Part shown: positions 1 through 10,130 of the stretch, piece by piece | Layout of the letters: every line of letters starts with the position of its first letter | How positions within the stretch are numbered: the stretch's first letter is position 1 | NCBI GenBank assembly: GCA_964345045.1 | Contig: CAYFPM010000003.1 | Coordinates: 134,038 to 198,037 of the forward strand | Origin: an uncultured Gammaproteobacteria bacterium | Lineage (GTDB): Bacteria > Patescibacteriota > Patescibacteriia > Magasanikbacterales > UBA922 | DNA: 64,000 nucleotides | Direction: 5' to 3' | The notes under the pieces: generated by a model | The model's input: the letters and a program-made list of their open reading frames with translations, nothing else | Databases searched by the model: none | Told to the model about the DNA's origin: nothing | Program-made: the position numbers and the translations under genes

Positions 1-3000
1 AGCATCCAAAGCTATTATTTTGTGTTTACCACTGGTGGCATCAAAGATAGTAGCTACTCCCCCACGCACTTTTACATCTCCAAAATTGTTATACTCACTA
101 ACCAAGTAGGCAAACCTGCGCAAATCTTTTTCTTCGTCAGAAGACAAACTCTTGGCATAATCTTCCAAATTATTATTGTGTTCTGCCAAGCCAGTTTTCC
201 AAGTATCAAATTTGCCAGCATAATCCTTTAGAGCTGGGATATCTTTGATATAAGCTTGTTGTACTTTTTCGTTCAAAATTACATCGGCTGTAGCAGTGTG
301 AGACATCCCTAGGTGACTGCCTTTTTCTATTTTTAGGTATTCTGGCAATTTGAATACTTCTCTTACTTCTGGTGCTTTTGCCCCAGCTTCGGCCGGAGAC
401 AAAGACTCTGCGGCTCCGGCAGCAACCCCGGTGGCAGTTGCTCTACTATCTGGCTGGGCAACTTCTTCTAACCCCAAACTCTGCAGTATTTTATGATATT
501 GTTGACTAGTTTCTTCGTTTAAGAAAGAGCCTAATTCTTGTACAGCATGTCTGGTACCATAACCAACGGCTGCCCCAATAGCTCCACCAGCCACAGCTCC
601 TGCATATTTTCTCCAGCCACCTGTAGTTTGTAAATTTTCAATTGTTTCTTGTCGTTCTTCTTGTAGTTTGTGAACATCGCTATGCAAAGCAGCAAGCAAA
701 GCTTCGGCGCGATCATCTTTTCTTCTTATTTCGTATCTTAGTTCATCTATTCTACGCAACACATTTTTGGCTCTTACCGACAAACTTGGGTGTTCTTCCA
801 ACAAACCAAGGTTAAGTGGTGTACGAATAACTCGCATATATTCTTCTAGAGCACTATCCGATGGCCTGGCTGCTTTATCTTTGGCTGCCACACTTATTAC
901 AGTTCCTTCTTTTATATCGTAACCAGATATCAATTCTTCGGCCGTGTTTATTTTATTAACTACTTCTGTTACAAAAGCTTTTTCTTTGGCTTTTTCATCT
1001 CTACTTTCTCCAATTTTATAACCTACATAACCACCAACAGCAGTCATGACTATGGCTCTAGCTTCTGGAAAAGCTGCAAATACAGAACCCATAGTTCCAC
1101 CAACCAACATAGACACTATTATAGTTTTGGCTTTGTTTTCTTCTGCCGAACTTGTTCGCCCTTCTGCTCCTCCTGTTCCGGTTAATGTACCAGTAGGATA
1201 GCCCAAAGCTTTTTCCAAAATTGCTACGAATTTTGGATTTTTCGACATAATGTCGGCAATTTTGTCTCTCTCTTGATTTTGAACGGTGTTAAGTTCTTTG
1301 ACCAAACTTTTTAATTTCTTTTCTTGGTGTTCCAATTCTGCGCCTTCGTATTCGGCGCCAATTTTGCCAGCCAAACCTTCTTTTAGTAAGAAAGCATTTA
1401 CATCCAAATCTTCATCTTTTTTATCATAAGAGTCATAACTCCCTTCTCTTAGACCTTGGCTAAGAAAAGCCGCAATCCCTCTAGAGCTTACCTGTCTAAT
1501 TTTTTCTTCTAGTCTGTGTTGGATTTCCAAAGCATTTTTTTCTTTTACTTCTTCTAGGGCTTCTTGGGTTTTTTCTTTGGCTTGTTTTTTGGCTTTTTCT
1601 TTTCTTTTTCTCAACCAACCAAAAGCTTTGTCTATACCTTTGGTTGCACCGGTAGCAGCTCCTACCAAACCACCAGAGAGGGCTCGTATACCCATACTAC
1701 CAATACCTGTTACCATTGTCATAGCTACACCAGCTCCCATACCTACAGCAGTTGGTGCCAAATTGGCGGCCATTAATTTGGCTCGCTCTAGTATAACCTT
1801 GCGTTTTCTCCACTTGCCTTCAAGCTTATCTTCCAGTGATTGATTTTCTCCATCTCCCAACAAATCATTTAATACTCTTAGTTCTTCTTTTTGCACCCAC
1901 CCACTTAGAGCATTAAAAACTTTTAGATACAATTTTTCTCGCCACTCTTTTTTGAACTCTTCTACAGTGTAACCAAACTTATCCAAATTTCTTTGCAAAC
2001 GTTCTGCTGCCACAGGATCCATATCCATAAATAATCCTTGCAATTCTAATTCTGGATGACTAATATTGCCACGACCGGTCAGAGGGTGGACGAAACACTC
2101 TTCCATTATAGAAGCGAGTCTTTCACGTCCAACTATACTAAAAAGTTCGTTCTCTGGTATATCTATTACTTTTTTCTCTCTTGGTTTTTCTCTTTCTAGT
2201 TGTGGTCTCTTGGCAGTCTCCCACCACATAGAAAACAATTCGGCCAACTCGTTTCCAGACATTTCCTTTACACCGGTATAGTTTTCTACTTGCTCTGGGG
2301 TATACATACTAAAACCGGCAGCAATAAGCGAAATCGGCAAACTATTATTATTGTTTATTTCTTCTGGAAAACTAACGCCATCGTCGTTTGGAGCTACTAC
2401 AACATAACTTTCGGAATCATTTGGGTCTTCGACAATTTTTAATTTTCTAAATTCTCTAAATACCAAACCAGCTCTACCTTCTGATTCGGCATGAGCTTCG
2501 AGAAGATCATGATATTTATCAATTGCCCAGCGATGTACTGTGTTTTCTAATAAACGAGTATCGTTGGTTAGATTATAAAGTGCTTCTAGATTACTTCTAT
2601 CTGCTTCTGGCAAATTTTCAAAATATCTACGGCCATAACGCAAATCTGAACTGTTTATTTTTAATCCTGCTACTTCTATAACATAACCAAGCGCTTCGTC
2701 GGCAGAAGCTCCGGGTGGATCTAGTCTTAGTCTGGCATTTCTATTTAACCAATTTTCAATATTTCTTTTTTGGGTTTCTCTATCCCCCATTTCGTACTGT
2801 CTTTTTGCTTCGTTACGTTTGGCTTCTGCCTCGGCAGAAGTATGCCACCATTCACGAAAGATATCAGCAACCTCGGAAGAATCAACTCCATAAATCGAAG
2901 TCAATGGATCTTGAAAATTTGAAGCTCCATTTCTTAACTCATTTTCTATAACAAGTGGGAGAAATCCACCCAAACCATCGTTGAGGTAATCAATTAAATA

Positions 3001-5766
3001 TTTTGGTTCACTACCAGCTGGAGTTTTTGGATCTATATAAACAGGCAAAGAATCTAAGTATCTCTTGTATGTTTCTATTGCGTCTCTTATTTCTGGGTTG
3101 GCTTCACCTTCTCTACCTTTCAAATGCTCCCCGTCTGCCCATTCTAAAAATGCTTTGGAAATTAAAGAACTGTCCAAACCAAGATTTTTTAAATCTCCTG
3201 GAATAAGTTCTTCTTTTAAGTCTATAAAATAGTATACTAATTCCCCTTTTGAGAATTCTGTACCATCAAACCCAAACTTTGCAATTTTGTTTTTTCCAGC
3301 GTGGTATAGTTCTATATTATTATCAAACCAAGCATTTACATGTGCTCTTTGTTCGGGTGAAATTGTTATTACTTCTTCTTCTATGGAGCCTAAATCATGA
3401 TCCTCGTCATCTACCAGACTCTCTCCAGCAGCAGCCGATTCTGCCGGAGCAGGTTCTGTTGTTTTATCAGCTGCAGAGCCAACATCAGGACGGCTTGCCT
3501 CCGCAGAGGTTCTTTTCCGCCCAGTATCTGCCAAAATTTTATTCTTTTTTTCTTCTACCCACTCTGTGACCAAAGCTTCTGCATCTTCTTTATCAAGTCC
3601 CAAAGCATAATCTTTTGTCCCGTTTTTTTTCCCTTTCTCAAGTGGTGTAATAATAAGAGATTTAAAAATATCTACACTAAGAGTGTCTTTTGTACCTTTT
3701 TGTTTTACAAGGAACTCATTACTGTTATTGTCTATAATAACTTCATATTCTGCTTCTAGATATTCTCTTACCTTGTTTTTCTTTTCTTCTGGGGACAATT
3801 CTTCTCCACCAAAAATCTCTTCTTTCAATGATTTACCCGGCACATGCTCTTGGTAATCCCCACCAGCTTCTACGACTTCTTTTACCCAAATACGAAAAGC
3901 TTTGCTTGCTTCGGCCTGATCTATACCTATTAAATCATCTTCCTGGTTTGTAAACCAGCCAGTACCAATAAAATCAGCTACTTCGGTCACGGTTTGTGCT
4001 CTATTTGTCCCATCTAACCAAAAATCCACTTGTCCATCATCCTTTTTTTCTACCTTAATATTATTATAAAAATAATCAAATAATTTTTGTTTTTCTTCTG
4101 GAGTTATATTTAGTTCTATTTCTTCTGCTTTTTCGTATTCTTTATAATTTGTCTTCCCCTCGGCCACATCTTTGGCCCATTCTCTAAACAAGGCTCCCAC
4201 ATCTACGCCACCTGCTGCTATGGCTTCAGACAAATCACTTGCTGTTTCATCTACACCTTTGCCCTCCCCCTCTTCTCCAAAATGAAACAAAAATTGTCCA
4301 TCCGCAGTTTTTTCTACTTTTACACTTCCATAAAATGCTTTGTATAATCTTTCTTTACTTTCTTCATCTTTGTCGGCCTCAGGGCTGGTAGTGGCAGCTA
4401 CTGCTGCTTCTGCTCCACCATAAGCAGGGTTCAATTTCTTCGCAAATGCTTCTATATTTTCTGCTGCAGCCATCCATCTTTTGCGGTCATAAAGAGACAT
4501 GTAATCTTTATCTTCATATTTTTTATAATCTTTTCCTTCTTCTGATTTTCCATACACAAACTTAAGTTTGCCTACTGTAGCTTTTAAATCATTAATCACC
4601 TTCACTTTGTCAATATTTGTTTCGTTATACAAATCATCAATTCCTTCGTAACCCGAAAAAGCGTCAAAAATTTCTTTGGCTCCTTCAATCTTAGCTATTG
4701 CTTTTTCTATATTTTCTGGAGAACATTCTTCATTGCTTACATCAGTCCATTTTTTAGGGTTATCTATCCCAAAGTTAAAACTATCCAAAGATTCTAAAGT
4801 ATAATGCCATGGTGTTATATATTCTTTATCTTCGTCTTTAAAGTCTTCGTGCAAAGAAGCTACATCAAAATTAATCCCAACTTCGTCAAGTAGTCTAGCG
4901 TCTTTTTCTGTAATTTTTTGAGAAATTTCGTATAAAGTATCTTCTAAGTCAGCATAGTCATCATGGTCTTCACCTTTTTCCTCCATTTCTTTTGAAACTC
5001 TTGTAAATTCTTTTATGTCTTCGGCCAAGTTTCGTATAGCTGAAATTTTATCTTTGTCAGCATTTTTCAAAGCTTTGTATCGGGCGATAAGCTGCTCTGC
5101 ATCATTTTTTTCTGAACCGGATAAATTTTCCGTAATTTGTTCTACTTCACCAATACTAGCTTCCCACTGTGCAGATTGTTCTACAAGCGTAGATAATCTT
5201 TTCAAAGGTTTGGCCAAATTATTTAACAAATCTATACCACTTATCAAAAAGTCATCATCATTTAAACCTTTTTCTAAAAGATCCAATTCTGATTCTTCTA
5301 TTTTTAAATTTTTTTTCAAGGTTTCTTGTACAGTACTCAAAGTTGCCTCTACTTTTTCTCCCTTTTGCTTTTTTTGCTCAGCTTTACCCGAAACTTTTTG
5401 TTCACGCCCTTCCAAAACTTTTTTAGCTTCTCCCATACTTCGCAAAACTTCGTCTGCTTTACTCAACTGTTCAGCCGCATGGCTTTCAAAGGCATCTTTA
5501 TTTCTTTCGGCAACCTGTTTCAATTTTTTTAACTTTTCTCCAACTACACCCAAGTATGTATCCAATTTATCTTTTCTTGCCTTTATCTCTATCAACGCTT
5601 TTTTCTTATCTAATTCTGCATCTAAATCTATCTTTGCAGCTTCAACAGATGCACCTGCCTCTTCTACTGCAGTTTGTAACTCATTTAATTTAGAACCAAA
5701 TTCGGCCCACATTTCTGTCATCTCTGGACCATTTGATGGATTGTTACTTTGACCAGGTTCGGCCAT
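1..5766 (-). CDS. Giant repeat-rich protein, N-terminal >=1,900 aa (partial; 3' end beyond window start)
   Basis: Stop-free minus-strand frame from ATG at 5766..5764 (MAEPGQSNNPSNGPEMTEMWAEF...) to the window edge, translated by eye. It is absent from the ORF track only because no stop lies in the window. Only short shadow ORFs occur on the + strand across 1..5760. The protein has repeated Trp-containing modules (..EWAD.., ..REWW.., ..KEWREK..), coiled-coil-like stretches and Gly-zipper hydrophobic segments (GMGAGVAMTMVTGIGSMG, VSMLVGGTMGSVFAAF). Confidence 0.6.
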   Translation of the reverse strand, partial: MAEPGQSNNPSNGPEMTEMWAEFGSKLNELQTAVEEAGASVEAAKIDLDAELDKKKALIEIKARKDKLDTYLGVVGEKLKKLKQVAERNKDAFESHAAEQLSKADEVLRSMGEAKKVLEGREQKVSGKAEQKKQKGEKVEATLSTVQETLKKNLKIEESELDLLEKGLNDDDFLISGIDLLNNLAKPLKRLSTLVEQSAQWEASIGEVEQITENLSGSEKNDAEQLIARYKALKNADKDKISAIRNLAEDIKEFTRVSKEMEEKGEDHDDYADLEDTLYEISQKITEKDARLLDEVGINFDVASLHEDFKDEDKEYITPWHYTLESLDSFNFGIDNPKKWTDVSNEECSPENIEKAIAKIEGAKEIFDAFSGYEGIDDLYNETNIDKVKVINDLKATVGKLKFVYGKSEEGKDYKKYEDKDYMSLYDRKRWMAAAENIEAFAKKLNPAYGGAEAAVAATTSPEADKDEESKERLYKAFYGSVKVEKTADGQFLFHFGEEGEGKGVDETASDLSEAIAAGGVDVGALFREWAKDVAEGKTNYKEYEKAEEIELNITPEEKQKLFDYFYNNIKVEKKDDGQVDFWLDGTNRAQTVTEVADFIGTGWFTNQEDDLIGIDQAEASKAFRIWVKEVVEAGGDYQEHVPGKSLKEEIFGGEELSPEEKKNKVREYLEAEYEVIIDNNSNEFLVKQKGTKDTLSVDIFKSLIITPLEKGKKNGTKDYALGLDKEDAEALVTEWVEEKKNKILADTGRKRTSAEASRPDVGSAADKTTEPAPAESAAAGESLVDDEDHDLGSIEEEVITISPEQRAHVNAWFDNNIELYHAGKNKIAKFGFDGTEFSKGELVYYFIDLKEELIPGDLKNLGLDSSLISKAFLEWADGEHLKGREGEANPEIRDAIETYKRYLDSLPVYIDPKTPAGSEPKYLIDYLNDGLGGFLPLVIENELRNGASNFQDPLTSIYGVDSSEVADIFREWWHTSAEAEAKRNEAKRQYEMGDRETQKRNIENWLNRNARLRLDPPGASADEALGYVIEVAGLKINSSDLRYGRRYFENLPEADRSNLEALYNLTNDTRLLENTVHRWAIDKYHDLLEAHAESEGRAGLVFREFRKLKIVEDPNDSESYVVVAPNDDGVSFPEEINNNNSLPISLIAAGFSMYTPEQVENYTGVKEMSGNELAELFSMWWETAKRPQLEREKPREKKVIDIPENELFSIVGRERLASIMEECFVHPLTGRGNISHPELELQGLFMDMDPVAAERLQRNLDKFGYTVEEFKKEWREKLYLKVFNALSGWVQKEELRVLNDLLGDGENQSLEDKLEGKWRKRKVILERAKLMAANLAPTAVGMGAGVAMTMVTGIGSMGIRALSGGLVGAATGATKGIDKAFGWLRKRKEKAKKQAKEKTQEALEEVKEKNALEIQHRLEEKIRQVSSRGIAAFLSQGLREGSYDSYDKKDEDLDVNAFLLKEGLAGKIGAEYEGAELEHQEKKLKSLVKELNTVQNQERDKIADIMSKNPKFVAILEKALGYPTGTLTGTGGAEGRTSSAEENKAKTIIVSMLVGGTMGSVFAAFPEARAIVMTAVGGYVGYKIGESRDEKAKEKAFVTEVVNKINTAEELISGYDIKEGTVISVAAKDKAARPSDSALEEYMRVIRTPLNLGLLEEHPSLSVRAKNVLRRIDELRYEIRRKDDRAEALLAALHSDVHKLQEERQETIENLQTTGGWRKYAGAVAGGAIGAAVGYGTRHAVQELGSFLNEETSQQYHKILQSLGLEEVAQPDSRATATGVAAGAAESLSPAEAGAKAPEVREVFKLPEYLKIEKGSHLGMSHTATADVILNEKVQQAYIKDIPALKDYAGKFDTWKTGLAEHNNNLEDYAKSLSSDEEKDLRRFAYLVSEYNNFGDVKVRGGVATIFDATSGKHKIIALDA

Positions 5767-6036
5767 ATATTTTTCGTTAAGAATTTGAATTTTATTATAA
5801 CAAAATTAATCTAAATAACAAAAAATCCAAGCTTAAATTATCTATAACTTGGACTCTTGTTTTTCATAAAAATATTTTTTCAGAAATTAGCTACTCCTAA
5901 TTGCTAAATAGATACTTTTATTTTTGTCGATGTCCCCGGGGCACCGCCTGCATCACACTTTCGTATTCCTTACGATTGTGCAAATTGGCGGTGCCCCTTT
6001 TGGGGAGCTAGCTTAGATCAAGCGCGGGTAGCGCGT

Positions 6037-7503
6037 TCAGGAGGCCTTAGCGACGTTCTTGGCCTGGAGCATCTCGATGGTCTTCTCGTACCACTTGGCG
6101 TCGAGCTTGCCTGCTTGACGCAGCTCATCGACCACGTCGTCGGGGTTGCGCCCGTTGAACTTGTCGCCTCGGACCATCGCCAGACGTAGCGCGTCGAGAT
6201 TGATCTCCTTGTCGGCCTTCTTCTTGGGCTTGGTGTCACCCTTGCCCTTGCCAGCCGGCTTGGAGCCACCCGAGTTGTCACCTCGCTTGTTGCCCTTGCT
6301 GCCGTTCCCGTTGCGGTTGAGGTTCCCCTTGTCGGCCTTGTCGGCCGGCTTGGATCCACCGCTGCCACGACGATCACGCTTGCCGGGCTGCCTACCCTGC
6401 TCGTTCATCTTGTCCACCTGATCCAGCATGCGCCGGAAGGCCGGGTGATTCTCGAGCGCGGCACGCATCTTGGTGTCAATGTCGACACCGAACGCGCCGT
6501 TCGTCGACGCACTCGCGATGGCGCGCCGCTTGTCGTTGGCAGCCTTGACCTTGGCCTGTTCGCGCAACATCTTGCTGATCTCACCAGGCTTCTCGATGAC
6601 CACGATCTCGCCGATGTGGTTCTGCTTGACCAGGTAGCCGTCCGCGTTCTTGAAGGGTCGATTGTCCTTCTCGAACTTGGCGATCTCATCATCGTTGGCC
6701 TGGCGAAGCTCCTTGTCGTACCCGGGAACCCAGGCCCACAAGATCTGGCTCTTCATGCCCTCGAGTACCCGAATCTTGTCCTTGTCATTCTCCTCTCGAG
6801 CTCGCCTGAGCTCCTTCTTGTACGCCTCATTGCCAGCGAAAATTGCCATCTCGCCGGATACCCCCTTGCGGAGCATATCCATGACCGTGAGGGTCTCGAG
6901 GCTGACGTGAGGCTTCTTCTCAGCCTCTGGCTTACCCTCGTTCTCCCTGTCGATCTCGATGTTCATTTCCTCGATCACGCGCTCGTAGGGAGGCACCCAG
7001 GCAGTCCAGTTACCGTTGTCGTTGCGCTGATCGAGCCTCCGAATTTGCAGGGGGGTCATAGCGTAGGCGATCGGGCAAAAAAGCCCGAACGTCTCCGGCG
7101 ACTTCAGAGCCCGGGGGTCATCCTTCGAAAGGATCTCCCCCGATACGTCGTAGAAGACATCGTTGACACCGATGTGGTAGCTGAGCCTAGCCTCGGTCTC
7201 CGGATCGATGAGAGCCGAACGAAGGTTTTTCGCAGCGGCTCCCTGGAGAACTCCCAGAGTTCCCGTGCTACCCGGACCGACGCTCACGATCCCCTTGGCG
7301 GGCATAGCACGTCCCACCGCAACCTTGTAGAACTGCATCAGGTACGTGGTGATGAGAGCGGCATCCCCCTGAGTATGCAGGAGTCCGATGTTCATCAGGA
7401 ACCGCAACTCCCGAACACGCGGCTCGGGGATGACGATCTCGTTCTTCACGGGCAACTGGATGGCGCTGAGGGTCTGGTTGGCGTTGTTGCTGTTGTCGGA
7501 CAT
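6037..7503 (-). CDS. Hypothetical protein encoded in a GC-rich island, with a Gly/Lys-rich basic low-complexity C-terminal segment
   Basis: 488-aa ORF with GC-rich codon usage unlike the rest of the window. A GGAGA Shine-Dalgarno sits 7 nt upstream of the ATG at 7503. The overlapping + ORF 6445..7566 has antisense-like L/V/D/R composition. No recognisable catalytic motif. Confidence 0.6.
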   Translation of the reverse strand: MSDNSNNANQTLSAIQLPVKNEIVIPEPRVRELRFLMNIGLLHTQGDAALITTYLMQFYKVAVGRAMPAKGIVSVGPGSTGTLGVLQGAAAKNLRSALIDPETEARLSYHIGVNDVFYDVSGEILSKDDPRALKSPETFGLFCPIAYAMTPLQIRRLDQRNDNGNWTAWVPPYERVIEEMNIEIDRENEGKPEAEKKPHVSLETLTVMDMLRKGVSGEMAIFAGNEAYKKELRRAREENDKDKIRVLEGMKSQILWAWVPGYDKELRQANDDEIAKFEKDNRPFKNADGYLVKQNHIGEIVVIEKPGEISKMLREQAKVKAANDKRRAIASASTNGAFGVDIDTKMRAALENHPAFRRMLDQVDKMNEQGRQPGKRDRRGSGGSKPADKADKGNLNRNGNGSKGNKRGDNSGGSKPAGKGKGDTKPKKKADKEINLDALRLAMVRGDKFNGRNPDDVVDELRQAGKLDAKWYEKTIEMLQAKNVAKAS

Positions 7504-7890
7504 TTGGAATTCTCCACTCGGCTAGACCCATCTGGTCAGCCGGCAGTTTGTGCGGCGCCCTATTGAGGGCAGCCGAGTGTTTTCGGTTGAAGGGCGAATT
7601 GCACACAAGGATCTTGCGATCAAGTGTGCCAAAGGGAAAAAATTGGTTATATATTTTCTCCCAACAAGCAAACGCTTATCCGCTGGGAGCTTTTGTAGAC
7701 TACAATTGTAGCCACCAAAAGTTCCCAGCGAATTTCGCTAATCTAAGCTAAATTTTAAAGAACAAATAACTTGCTCCAAAAGTACCTTTTTGTACTTTAT
7801 AGAACAGAGAATTATAGCACAAAAAAGCGCTTTTGTCAAGTATCCCCCTTACAAGACAAAAGCGCTTTTTAAAAAATATTTACCAAAAAA

Positions 7891-8214
7891 TCAAGCCATT
7901 TTAGCAAGGATATCCTTTACCCTTTCCGAAAAATCCTTCAAAACCTTGCCAAATTCCTCTTCAAAATTAGGAATAGCCCCATACCAAAAATTTTTCCACT
8001 CCTCTTCGGAGGCATCGTCCTTTTCTACCAACTCAGCAAATTCTTTTAATTGATCTTCGTTTAACTTGGGCATCATTTCTAGACCAAGTTTTTCTTCGAG
8101 CAAAGCTGTAATCTGTGGAACATAAAAACTAATCTGATCCTCACTCAAGTTGTCAAAACCCTGTTGATTCAAAAGCTCTCTAACATAGCCTGATAAAAAT
8201 GAAAATTGAGCCAT
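7891..8214 (-). CDS. Small acidic hypothetical protein (107 aa)
   Basis: Unopposed ORF, acidic composition, no recognisable motif. Confidence 0.5.
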   Translation of the reverse strand: MAQFSFLSGYVRELLNQQGFDNLSEDQISFYVPQITALLEEKLGLEMMPKLNEDQLKEFAELVEKDDASEEEWKNFWYGAIPNFEEEFGKVLKDFSERVKDILAKMA

Positions 8215-8256
8215 AAAATAAATTTAAAAATAATATTACTTTTTTGTTTTAATGAA

Positions 8257-8865
8257 TTAACTATGTTTTCTAAGCGTTAGCAAACTCATCAAGGCCAAAC
8301 CAACTACAAATCCAGCAGCAAAATTTACCGGCAAATTGGGTCTGGCCGGCCATTTGCTAGCCACCGGTTGATTGACCACCTTTATTGTAACATCTCCACC
8401 AACATATTCCCAACCTCGAGCAGACAAAGTGTCGGCAGCGGCTCCGGCATAGTCGATTGCTACTTGAGGATCAGTATCGTAGGCACTAATGTTTAAAATT
8501 CCAGTTCCATAAACTACAGAAGTTTGCACAGTTTTTTGCCATAATTTTCTTTTTTTTCTTTCTGTTATTCCGGCAAACTTGCTCTGGTCCAGAGAGTAGC
8601 CAGGCTGTACCATTACTTTTTCAAAAAAATCATTGGTCTTCATAACTTGGGCCACATTCTCCCCCACTCGCTCGGCCGATTTGACCACAGTATACGGATC
8701 CACACCAGTACGAGAACGAGAAATAATAAGTACTTGAGCATCGGCTCGGTACTCTAGTGGGAAAAGAAAACTAACCGCAACCGAAACAGCCCCTACAATC
8801 AGTCCAAAAACAAAAATCGCTTTCCATCTTTTTAACAAAAGATTCAATGGTGAATGATAAAACAT
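8257..8865 (-). CDS. Wzz/CpsC-like polysaccharide chain-length determinant family membrane protein
   Basis: N-terminal TM (AIFVFGLIVGAVSVAVSFLF), a ~130-aa extracytoplasmic domain, then a Pro-rich segment (WPARPNLPVNF) followed by a GxxxG-containing C-terminal TM (AAGFVVGLALMSLL). This is the classic Wzz/CpsC/YveK topology. Confidence 0.55.
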   Translation of the reverse strand: MFYHSPLNLLLKRWKAIFVFGLIVGAVSVAVSFLFPLEYRADAQVLIISRSRTGVDPYTVVKSAERVGENVAQVMKTNDFFEKVMVQPGYSLDQSKFAGITERKKRKLWQKTVQTSVVYGTGILNISAYDTDPQVAIDYAGAAADTLSARGWEYVGGDVTIKVVNQPVASKWPARPNLPVNFAAGFVVGLALMSLLTLRKHS

Positions 8866-8968
8866 ACTTTGAAAATTTTAAATTTTAAATTTTTAATTTT
8901 AAAACAATTATTTAGTTTTTGGTTCATGATTCACCACCAACTACAACCTACTCCCTACAACCTACCCC

Positions 8969-10039
8969 CTACTTTAATTCTATTTTCTCCACTGCTATAT
9001 CCAGCTCCTCTCCATCTCGCAACACAGTTACCATTATATTTTGGGGAGCAAACAAAATTTTTCTAGATAAGTTTTCTACTATTATAGATTCTTTTTGTAT
9101 TTTTGTAATCACATCTCCTACTCCTACAGTGGTAGAGCTATTTTTGGTATTGGAATAAGAAACATAAAATCCGTTTACCCTTTGTGGCAAATCATTTTTG
9201 TTTACAAAACCATCTACCATATAACCTTGCCATGGCAAAACAGTATACAAAGTTTTGCCATTTTCCAATATTTGCGCATATTGGTTTTCTACCAACCAAC
9301 CGGGAATCAATTTTTTTTCTTTGTTTGATACCCCTACCAAATCACCTTCTGCAGACACAGCAATTGTGCCTTCTTCCAAATCTTCCGACAGGTTATAAAA
9401 GAAATTGGGTTTCCAAATATTTTCTGATTTTGTTTGGGATAGAGAAACAGTATTTTCTAATACAGATGGGGACCAATCTCCGTTTTTGTACAACCAGACC
9501 AAAGCACCGGATTCCAGATTGTCCCAATTATAAAAAGAGACAAAAGAAAAACCATCACCAACAAATTTTAGATAAACAAACTTTGAAACCGGATCATAGA
9601 TTACTTTTTCTATTTCGTACTGATAACCTTGGTAGTCATAACCTTCCCAGTTTTTTTCTACTCCCAATCTATAATTTGGATCATACATCACTGCCCAACC
9701 ATCGGTACTAAACATTACTGCCGACATTGGTTTGGTATCTTTTCTATAAAAATTGTTATCTATTTTGTCTCTACTATCGTATACATTCCAAACTCTTTGA
9801 CGCAAAGCTCGTACAATAGCTGGATCCAAATTTTCTTCTGGTGGACGTACACTTTTTACAATGCTATTGGCAGTTTGTTCTGGAAAAAAACTAGGAACAA
9901 ACCACACAACCGTAGCCAAAGTAAGTGCCACACTAGTGAGTGCAGCTACAAATATAAAAAAGAAAACCCACGACAAAGACGGACTAGTTCTATTAATCTC
10001 TTCTTCTGAAATTTTTGGTGGCAAATGTGGAGCACTCAT
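8969..10039 (-). CDS. Membrane-anchored hypothetical protein (356 aa), large extracytoplasmic domain with a possible C-terminal PDZ-like segment
   Basis: Single N-terminal TM (VFFFIFVAALTSVALTLATVVWFV). C-terminus GDVITKI...VTVLRDGEELDIAVEKIE is PDZ-like. Otherwise no motif. Confidence 0.5.
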   Translation of the reverse strand: MSAPHLPPKISEEEINRTSPSLSWVFFFIFVAALTSVALTLATVVWFVPSFFPEQTANSIVKSVRPPEENLDPAIVRALRQRVWNVYDSRDKIDNNFYRKDTKPMSAVMFSTDGWAVMYDPNYRLGVEKNWEGYDYQGYQYEIEKVIYDPVSKFVYLKFVGDGFSFVSFYNWDNLESGALVWLYKNGDWSPSVLENTVSLSQTKSENIWKPNFFYNLSEDLEEGTIAVSAEGDLVGVSNKEKKLIPGWLVENQYAQILENGKTLYTVLPWQGYMVDGFVNKNDLPQRVNGFYVSYSNTKNSSTTVGVGDVITKIQKESIIVENLSRKILFAPQNIMVTVLRDGEELDIAVEKIELK

Positions 10040-10130
10040 ATTAAATTAAGCAAAAAACATTAAATCATTAAAGCACTAGATCATTAAATCAAACCGATTT
10101 AATGTTTTAATGATTTTATGTTTTTAGGTA

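Noticed and set aside
5015-5752. 245-aa + strand ORF (and the other + ORFs between 1564 and 3759)
   Set aside because: Low-complexity shadow ORFs opposite the continuous minus-strand giant ORF 1..5766.
6445-7566. 373-aa + strand ORF overlapping the GC-rich gene
   Set aside because: Antisense to the SD-preceded 488-aa minus-strand gene. Its L/V/D/R-rich composition is typical of spurious antisense ORFs in high-GC DNA.
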